Of a stretch of DNA of 52,236 bases, positions 45,269 to 52,236 are shown one piece after another. How positions within the stretch are numbered: the first letter of the stretch is position 1; each line of letters starts with the position of its first letter. The notes under the pieces were generated by a model. The model made no database searches, was not told where the DNA came from, and worked only from the letters and a program-made list of their open reading frames with translations. This DNA comes from Bacillota bacterium (lineage in GTDB: Bacteria > Bacillota > Clostridia > Oscillospirales > Oscillospiraceae). The translations under genes were made by a program, and so were the position numbers. The stretch lies in the NCBI GenBank assembly GCA_029098045.1, contig JAQXNO010000113.1, positions 1 through 52,236 of the forward strand, given 5' to 3'.

Positions 45269-47413
45269 ATGGTCATTACTGATTTAGAGATTACCCAGGC
45301 ATCCATTGAAGTGGTGGGTGGCATTGTCAGCGCCATGCTGGCAGTGATTATGCTGATCAACTACCATGGGACAACCAGCCTGAAACTGATCATCAGAATG
45401 CTCTTCATGTCCTGTGCGCTGTTTTTCCTCGATGCCTTTGCCTATGTGTTCCGGGGAAACACCGATCCCTTCAGCCTGTTCATGACCCGCTTCAGCAATT
45501 TTGGAGTATTTTTCATGAATATGCTGATGGCATATGTGTTTGTGAAGTATATCTACAGCATTCTGCGGGAGAAGGATGCGGCGCCCGGGGATATTTACCA
45601 AAAGATTGCCAGCGGCTGCTTCTGGGCGGCGGTGGGGATTCTCGTGCTCAACCTGTTCAACGGCTGGATGTACACCTTCGATGAAGCCAACTACTACCAC
45701 CGCAGCTGGGGCTGGTATTTCTACACCGGGATCTCTCTGGTATGTCTGGCCTCCTCCTGCATCATGGTCTGGCGTTTCCGCGGGGCGCTGGATCGGTTCA
45801 CCTGGTCCTCCCTGCTGCTCTTTGAGCTGTTTCCCATTGTGGCCATTCTGGTTCAGGCGGCGTTCTACGGCATTTCCATCATCAACGTCGGCATCGGGCT
45901 GTGCATCGTTCTGGTGCTGGTGGCATACCTTGTCAACTGGAGCCGGGGTGCTGCCACCGGGGAATACGACGATGCCCAGACCCGCCGTTCCTATGATACC
46001 ATGGTACTGTTCATCATCATGCTCATCTGCGTGAGCAGCGCCATCGTATCCTGCATTCTTTCCATCAAGCGGGCGGACAGGGAAATCTCCGTCAGCAACA
46101 GCCAGATTGTCGCCCACATTGTCAGCGACAGGCTGGACAATGTGTTCCTGCGTCCCATCACTGTGACCGAGATCATGGCCAGGGACGACAGCCTGCAAGA
46201 ATACATGGAGCAGAGCAACGCCCAGGATCACGAAAGCGGCGAAGCAGGGATGGCTGCCTATCTGGAGTCCATCCGCTCCGGCTTTGACTATCAGATGGTG
46301 TACGCCGTGTGCGCGGAGTCCCGTTTCTTTTACACCTACAACGGCTTTGTAAAAACCGTGAACCCGTCCGTGGACCCCACGGATGCCTGGTACGCGGACT
46401 ATCTCGCCTCCGGGCAGAGCTATGAAGTGCAGGTGGATACCGATGCGGCAAACGACTGGGACTGGTCCTTCTTTGTCAACCACGGGGTACTGGACAAAGA
46501 CGGCAGACTCCTGGGTGTGTGCGGCGTGGGACTGGAGCTGGCGAAGGTGCAGCAGCTGCTGGCTGATTTTGAGGATCAGTATACCCTGCGCATCACTCTG
46601 GCGGACGCAGACGGAGACGCGATCGTCACCGCCCGGGATGTTCGGGTTGGCCAGGATCTGCTTGACGCGGAGCTTGCGAAACATACGGATACCGAGAACT
46701 TTTCCATACAGGAGCAGGAGGATTCCATCCGCATGACCAAGCTGATGGAAGATATGAACTGGTATCTTGTGATTGAGGACATGGTGCCCCAGCGCGTCAG
46801 CATGGCCAGAACAGCGGTTCCCAGTGTGATCGTCTCTCTGGTGGGTCTGTTCATACTGGTTGCGGTATTTTGCATCATCACCCTCCGGGAGCGGAGAATC
46901 TCCATGGAGCTGCTGGAAAAGCAAAGAACCTCCCTGACCGACGAGCTAACCGGCCTAGGAAACCGCCGGGCGCTCCGGCAGGATTGCCAGCGGCTCGAGG
47001 AAACCGGAAAACTTGGGGAGCTGATCGTGGTCGGCATGGATCTGAACGAGCTCAAACGCTACAACGACAGTCTGGGTCACCAGGTAGGTGATGAGCTGAT
47101 TTGCGGAACTGCCCAGTGCATGCTGCAGTCCATGCAGGGCAGCGGCACCCTGTACCGCGCGGGCGGTGACGAGTTTGTGGCGATTCTGCACTGCACGAAG
47201 GAGAAAATGGAGGAGATCCTGCGGGAGTTTGACCGTCTTGCCGCCAACTGGCAGGGGGATCACATCCGCTCCATCAGTGTTGCCAGAGGTGTGGTTCGCT
47301 GCGAGGAATTCCCCCAGATGGGCATCGAGGAGATTCTGAACATGGCAGACCGGCGGATGTACGAAAACAAGCGGGAATACTATCTGAAGCTTGAAAAAGC
47401 CGCGCGGCAGTAG
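45269..47413 (+). CDS. Membrane-bound diguanylate cyclase (multi-TM N-terminus, Cache-like sensor, GGDEF)
   Basis: TDELTGLGNRRA, DLNELKRYNDSLGHQVGDELI, YRAGGDEF, ADRRMY. Cache-like DAWY..LLGVCGVG..WYLV. Promoter TTGAAT-N17-TATAAT at 45175-45203. Confidence 0.9.
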   Translation: MVITDLEITQASIEVVGGIVSAMLAVIMLINYHGTTSLKLIIRMLFMSCALFFLDAFAYVFRGNTDPFSLFMTRFSNFGVFFMNMLMAYVFVKYIYSILREKDAAPGDIYQKIASGCFWAAVGILVLNLFNGWMYTFDEANYYHRSWGWYFYTGISLVCLASSCIMVWRFRGALDRFTWSSLLLFELFPIVAILVQAAFYGISIINVGIGLCIVLVLVAYLVNWSRGAATGEYDDAQTRRSYDTMVLFIIMLICVSSAIVSCILSIKRADREISVSNSQIVAHIVSDRLDNVFLRPITVTEIMARDDSLQEYMEQSNAQDHESGEAGMAAYLESIRSGFDYQMVYAVCAESRFFYTYNGFVKTVNPSVDPTDAWYADYLASGQSYEVQVDTDAANDWDWSFFVNHGVLDKDGRLLGVCGVGLELAKVQQLLADFEDQYTLRITLADADGDAIVTARDVRVGQDLLDAELAKHTDTENFSIQEQEDSIRMTKLMEDMNWYLVIEDMVPQRVSMARTAVPSVIVSLVGLFILVAVFCIITLRERRISMELLEKQRTSLTDELTGLGNRRALRQDCQRLEETGKLGELIVVGMDLNELKRYNDSLGHQVGDELICGTAQCMLQSMQGSGTLYRAGGDEFVAILHCTKEKMEEILREFDRLAANWQGDHIRSISVARGVVRCEEFPQMGIEEILNMADRRMYENKREYYLKLEKAARQ

Positions 47414-47598
47414 CCCTCCACCTGTTCCTTTCGCCGGAAGTCTGTCGCCCATGCCTTTGAAGCGTACCCCTTGTCAAGGACAATTTGATTCTGAGGGGTA
47501 GAACCAAATAATGCAAGGAAGCACATCCTATTCCTCAAAAGAGTGGAGATGTGCTTCCTGTTTTTGCGTTTTGGGCTTTGCTTTGATGAGGAAAATGA

Positions 47599-47757
47599 TA
47601 CTAACTCTTAATTAAAATCTTCAATATCAGCTTGGCCTATTGGCGCAATACTTCGTGATCGTCGCTTGCCATACATCCAGTATGGCGGCGCTCCTCTGCC
47701 TTGTCTTGCACCAGTATTCCTTCGCTGCTGATTGAATCTTTTAAATAAGAATTAGTA
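47599..47757. mobile_element. TA-flanked ~155-bp imperfect palindrome (MITE/ERIC-like or structured ncRNA), element B
   Basis: Ends ATACTAACTCTTAATTAAAA / TTTTAAATAAGAATTAGTAT (18/20 complementary). Apical GCCATAC-ATCCA-GTATGGC. Confidence 0.7.
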
Positions 47758-47821
47758 TGAGAATGTGCTTCCCGGCGGGACGGGATTTGCGGACACCCCT
47801 CCCGGGGTGTCCGTTTCATAA

Positions 47822-47851
47822 AAAAGGGGCTGTTTCTTTACAGCCCCTTTT
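47822..47851. terminator. Intrinsic terminator after purL
   Basis: AAAAGGGGCTGT-N6-ACAGCCCCTTTT. Confidence 0.85.
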
Positions 47852-47865
47852 GCGCAGCAGGTATG

Positions 47866-50800
47866 TTATCTGAAATATTTGACAGCAGCCTCAAACATAC
47901 GGATGTCATACTCGCCGGGGACGTTCTTGTACAGTCCCTGACCGATACGCTCGCTGTGCCCCATCTTGCCGAAGACACGGCCGTCGGGAGAGGTGATGCC
48001 TTCAATGGCGCACAGGGAGCCGTTGGGGTTGAAGTCGATATTGGAAGTGGCATTGCCGCTCAGATCCACATATTGGGTGGCAATCTGACCCTTTGCGGCC
48101 AGCTGGGCGATCAGCTCGGGGGAAGCCAGGAACTTGCCCTCACCATGGGAGATGGGCACATTCACAATATCACCCACATGCATCAGGCTCAGCCAGGGGC
48201 TCATGGTGGAGGCAATACGGGTGTGGACAATGCGGCTCTGGTGACGGCTGATGTTGTTGAAGGTCAGGGTGGGGCAGGTCTCGTCGGTGTCGATGATCCT
48301 GCCGTAGGGCACCAGACCCAGCTTGATCAGCGCCTGGAAGCCGTTGCAGATGCCGCACATCAGACCATCGCGACGATCCAGCAGCTCCGTGACCGCTTCC
48401 TTGACCGCGGCATTGCGGAAGAAGGCAGTGATGAACTTGGCGGAGCCGTCAGGCTCGTCGCCGCCGGAGAAGCCGCCGGGGATGAAAATCATCTGGCTGT
48501 CTTTGACCTTGGAAGCAAACTGCTCGACGCTGCGGGCAACGGCTTCGGCAGTCAGATTGCGCACCACAAAGATCTCGGCATCCGCACCGGCACGCTCCAC
48601 GGCCCGGGCGGAGTCGTACTCGCAGTTGGTGCCGGGGAACACGGGGATCAGCACCTTGGGTCTGGAAACCTTCACGGCGGAGGCAATGCCGCAGCGGCCG
48701 TCAAAGGAGAAGGTGGGAATAACGCCCGCATCTTCCCGGGCATGGACGGGGTATACATCTTCCAGCACCTGGGCGTTCAGCCGGTACAGCTCGTCGATGG
48801 AGGCGCTGTCGCTGCCAAGGGCGATGACGGGCTCGGCGGTGGTAGCACCGATCTTCGTAACACAGGGCAGGTCAATTTCTTCGCTCAGCTCCGCCACCAG
48901 GAAGCCATACAGGGGCAGATGCCAGATGTTGTCCTGACCGGCGCAGGCGTTGAAGCCGATGTGGTTGCCGAAGGACATCTTCATGACCGCTTCGCCGATG
49001 CCATGCTCCACTGCCCACGCGGCCTTTACCTTGCCTTCCCGGGCAAGCGCGTGGAATGCCTCCCAGGCTGGCTTCAGACTTTCCGCAGTCTCGTCCGCGG
49101 CGCCAAAGAGGTATACAGGATGACCGGCCTCCTTGAATTCGGGGCTGATCACATCATTTTTGTCGATGGGCGCAATGGCAAAGGAAATCACCGTAGGCGG
49201 CACGTCCTTGTCCAGGAAGGTGCCGGACATGGAATCCTTGCCGCCGATGGCAGCGGCGCCCAGCTCCAGCTGTGCGTCCAGTGCACCCAGCAGGGCAGCG
49301 AAGGGCTTGCCCCAGCGCGCAGGCTCATTCTTCAGCTTTTCGAAGAACTCCTGCAGGGTCAGATAAGCCTGCCTGTAGTCGCAGCCGGCGGCCACCAGCT
49401 TGGCAACGGAATTGTAGACAGCGGCATGTGCGCCGGTGTAGGGATCAACGGAAAGCTGCTCGGGATCACATCCCCAGCTGAAGACGCTGGCCTGATCGGT
49501 CTGCTGACCGGGCAGCACAGGCAGTACCGCCGCCATGGACTGGGCGGGGGTCAGCTGACGTTTGCCGCCGAAGGGCATGATGACACTGCCGGCACCGATG
49601 GTGGAGTCAAAACGCTCCACAAGACCTCTCTGGCTGGCGGTTTTCAGATCGGCAGCCATTTCACGCAGGGAGCCATAGCGGGGCTGGCTGAGAGCGGTCA
49701 GATCCTTGGAATCGACGGAAACATCGGTGTGCTTTACGGCACCGTTGGTGTCCAGAAACGCGCGGCTCAGGTTTGCGATGGTCTGTCCCTTCCAGGTCAT
49801 GACCATGCGTTCTTCCTCCGTGACCACGGCGACCCGGTAGGCTTCCAGATTTTCGCCCTCGGCGAAGGCGATGAACCGGTCCGCATCCTCCGGGGCCACA
49901 ACCACAGCCATACGCTCCTGGGATTCGGAGATGGCAATTTCCGTGCCGTCCAGACCGTCGTACTTCTTGCGTACCGCGTCCAGATCAATGGTCAGACCGG
50001 GCGCCAGCTCGCCGATGGCAACGGACACACCGCCGGCGCCGAAGTCGTTGCAGCGCTTGATGAGGCGGGTGACCTCCGCATTGCGGAACAGACGCTGAAT
50101 TTTGCGCTCCTCGGGGGCATTGCCCTTCTGAACCTCGGAGGCCATGGTGGTCAGGCTCTTCATATTGTGGCTCTTGGAGGAGCCGGTGGCACCACCGATG
50201 CCGTCGCGGCCGGTGCGGCCGCCCAGCAGGACGATCACATCACCGGGGGCGGGACGCTCCCGGCGCACATTGTATGCGGGGGCAGCCGCCACCACGGCGC
50301 CGCATTCCAGCCGCTTGGCGACGTAGCCCTCGTGGTAGATTTCAGCCACATGGCCGGTGGCAAGGCCGATCTGGTTGCCGTAGCTGGAGTAACCGGCGGC
50401 AGCGGTCTGGCAGATTTTACGCTGGGGCAGCTTGCCGGGCAGGGTTTCTGCCAGCGTTTTGCGGGGATCGCCCGCGCCGGTGACACGCATGGCCTGATGG
50501 ACATAGGCACGGCCGGACAGGGGGTCACGGATGCAGCCGCCGATACAGGTGGCGGCGCCGCCGAAGGGCTCAATCTCCGTGGGATGGTTGTGGGTTTCGT
50601 TTTTGAACATCAGCAGCCAGTCCTGCTCCTGACCGTTCACCGTGGCGGTCACATGGATGGAGCAGGCATTGATCTCCTCGCTCTCGTCCAGCTCGGGAAG
50701 CAGACCGCGCTTTTTCAGGGTTTTGGCACCGATGGTGGCGATGTCCATCAGGGTCTGGGGACGTGCAGCTGCCTTCTCCTGGCCGTAGACCTCCACACGG

Positions 50801-51555
50801 GCGGCAAGATAGCGCTCATAGGCTGCCTGCACGGCGGGATCGTCAATGCGGACATGGTCGATGTGGGTGGAGAAGGTGGTGTGACGGCAGTGGTCGGACC
50901 AGTAGGTATCCACCACGCGGATTTCCGTGATGGTGGGATCGCGCTTTTCCTCGTCTCGGAAATAGCACTGCAGGAATTTCAGATCGTCCAGATCCATGGC
51001 AAGACCCAGATTGTCCAGCAGCGCTGCCAGCGCGGCTTCATCCATGGCGATGAAGCCCTCCACGGTGGCGACGGACTGGGGCGCGGCATAGACCGCTGCC
51101 AGGGTTTCCGGCAGCTCCAAAGATGCCTCACGGCTTTCCACCGCGTTGATGACGTACTTTTTGAAGGCGGCAATCTCCGCTTCGGAAAGGGCACCGTACA
51201 ACGCATAGACCTTGGCGGTGCGGATCAGGGGACGATCCCCCTGAGAAATGATCTGGATACACTGGGCGGCAGAGTCGGCACGCTGATCAAACTGACCGGG
51301 CAATGCCTCCACGGCAAATACAAAGGCACCGGGCAGATCGATTTCCCGGGAAGCGATGTCCAGCTGGGGCTCGGAGAAAACGGTTCCCACGGCATAGTCA
51401 AAAAGTGCTTCCGTGATATTTTCCGCGTCATAGCGGTTGAAAAGCCGGATGCGCTCCAGTCCTTCCATACCCAGAAGGTGCCTCGCTTCGCTCAGCAAGC
51501 CCCGGGCTTCGTTGTCCAGACCTTCCTTTTTCTCCACAAAAATACGATAAACCAT
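47866..51555 (-). CDS. purL: Phosphoribosylformylglycinamidine synthase, large single-chain clostridial type
   Basis: DTYWSDHCRHTTF, ETHNHPT, DFGAGG, SESQERM, GGKDSMSG, GICNGFQ, MGHSER. GAGGAGG RBS. Confidence 0.97.
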   Translation of the reverse strand: MVYRIFVEKKEGLDNEARGLLSEARHLLGMEGLERIRLFNRYDAENITEALFDYAVGTVFSEPQLDIASREIDLPGAFVFAVEALPGQFDQRADSAAQCIQIISQGDRPLIRTAKVYALYGALSEAEIAAFKKYVINAVESREASLELPETLAAVYAAPQSVATVEGFIAMDEAALAALLDNLGLAMDLDDLKFLQCYFRDEEKRDPTITEIRVVDTYWSDHCRHTTFSTHIDHVRIDDPAVQAAYERYLAARVEVYGQEKAAARPQTLMDIATIGAKTLKKRGLLPELDESEEINACSIHVTATVNGQEQDWLLMFKNETHNHPTEIEPFGGAATCIGGCIRDPLSGRAYVHQAMRVTGAGDPRKTLAETLPGKLPQRKICQTAAAGYSSYGNQIGLATGHVAEIYHEGYVAKRLECGAVVAAAPAYNVRRERPAPGDVIVLLGGRTGRDGIGGATGSSKSHNMKSLTTMASEVQKGNAPEERKIQRLFRNAEVTRLIKRCNDFGAGGVSVAIGELAPGLTIDLDAVRKKYDGLDGTEIAISESQERMAVVVAPEDADRFIAFAEGENLEAYRVAVVTEEERMVMTWKGQTIANLSRAFLDTNGAVKHTDVSVDSKDLTALSQPRYGSLREMAADLKTASQRGLVERFDSTIGAGSVIMPFGGKRQLTPAQSMAAVLPVLPGQQTDQASVFSWGCDPEQLSVDPYTGAHAAVYNSVAKLVAAGCDYRQAYLTLQEFFEKLKNEPARWGKPFAALLGALDAQLELGAAAIGGKDSMSGTFLDKDVPPTVISFAIAPIDKNDVISPEFKEAGHPVYLFGAADETAESLKPAWEAFHALAREGKVKAAWAVEHGIGEAVMKMSFGNHIGFNACAGQDNIWHLPLYGFLVAELSEEIDLPCVTKIGATTAEPVIALGSDSASIDELYRLNAQVLEDVYPVHAREDAGVIPTFSFDGRCGIASAVKVSRPKVLIPVFPGTNCEYDSARAVERAGADAEIFVVRNLTAEAVARSVEQFASKVKDSQMIFIPGGFSGGDEPDGSAKFITAFFRNAAVKEAVTELLDRRDGLMCGICNGFQALIKLGLVPYGRIIDTDETCPTLTFNNISRHQSRIVHTRIASTMSPWLSLMHVGDIVNVPISHGEGKFLASPELIAQLAAKGQIATQYVDLSGNATSNIDFNPNGSLCAIEGITSPDGRVFGKMGHSERIGQGLYKNVPGEYDIRMFEAAVKYFR

Positions 51556-51568
51556 TGGAATTCCCTCC

Positions 51569-52236
51569 TCACTTTCCTGCAAGCAATGCCCGCTGACCGA
51601 TGTCGGATCTGCGGTACGCACCTTCGAACTTCACGCCGTCGGAAAGCCGGTAGGCCTCCCTGACTGCTTCCTCCAGAGAATCGGCAATGGCGGTGGTGCC
51701 GGTGACGCGGCCGCCGGAGGTGACCAGCTTTCCGTCCTTCAGGGCACCGCCTGCGACGAAGGTGGCGGCGGCGGCTTCTTCCGTCATGGTGATTTCAAAG
51801 CCCTTCTTATAGCCGGTGGGATAGCCTGCGGATGCCAGAATCACGCAGCAGGCATGGCGGTCGGAGAATTTGACCTCGGTCTGTGCCAAAGTGCCGTTGG
51901 TGCAGGCCTGCATAATGGTCAGAAGGTCGCTTTCCAACAGGGGCAGAACCACCTGGGTTTCCGGGTCGCCGAACCGGCAGTTGTATTCAATGACCCTGGG
52001 GCCGTTGGGCGTCAGCATCAGACCGAAGTACAGGCAGCCTCGGAAGGTACGGTTCTCCGCGTTCATGGCGGCGATGGTGGGCAGGAAGATCTCTTCCATG
52101 CACTGCTTTGCCACGGCGTCCGTGTAGTAGGGGTTGGGCGCGATGGTGCCCATACCGCCGGTGTTGAGTCCCGTGTCATGGTCACCGATGCGCTTGTGAT
52201 CCATGGAGGAGACCATGGGCTTGACCACGTTGCCAT
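51569..52236 (-). CDS. purD: Phosphoribosylamine--glycine ligase (C-terminal part; 5' end outside the window)
   Basis: DHKR, GLNTGGMG, EYNCRFGDPE, TSGGRV, YRRSDIG. Confidence 0.95.
   Translation of the reverse strand, partial: GNVVKPMVSSMDHKRIGDHDTGLNTGGMGTIAPNPYYTDAVAKQCMEEIFLPTIAAMNAENRTFRGCLYFGLMLTPNGPRVIEYNCRFGDPETQVVLPLLESDLLTIMQACTNGTLAQTEVKFSDRHACCVILASAGYPTGYKKGFEITMTEEAAAATFVAGGALKDGKLVTSGGRVTGTTAIADSLEEAVREAYRLSDGVKFEGAYRRSDIGQRALLAGK

Noticed and set aside
47863-51663. 1266-aa + strand ORF antisense to purL (likewise 522-1583, 6848-8635, 19614-22217, 39632-41434, 42976-44706, 45284-46924)
   Set aside because: Shadow ORFs on the strand opposite well-supported genes. GC-rich codon bias depletes antisense stops, and they show no recognisable motifs or RBS.

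Overview
Chromosomal segment of a moderately GC-rich Clostridia-type bacterium (Oscillospiraceae-like; inferred from gene content, RBS and promoter style). Left to right it carries a His-repeat heavy-metal P1B ATPase, peptidase S51, lipid kinase, Nudix hydrolase, a MATE gene cut by an amber codon, pgi, glucokinase, C39 peptidase, MFS, Zn-PLC-like and MarR genes, a zinc-ribbon protein, ruvCAB, a compact 11-gene ethanolamine microcompartment (eut) operon, T-box-controlled metG, an orphan priming glycosyltransferase, a MacB-type ABC exporter with two adaptor proteins, a lipase/M20/GPH/plsC/TetR cluster, a membrane diguanylate cyclase, purL and partial purD. No rRNA, tRNA, CRISPR array, transposase or integrase is visible. 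The most interesting signals are non-coding or small: (1) a low-GC single-gene cassette bounded by 22-bp inverted repeats; (2) two TA-flanked ~160-bp imperfect palindromes with an identical apical 13-mer but divergent arms; (3) REP-like double-hairpin repeats with compensatory base changes; (4) an eut operon with no visible EutV/W or riboswitch control and an ATC where the eutH start is expected; (5) two unannotated small ORFs. All calls come from reading the sequence and recalled motifs. No searches were run.
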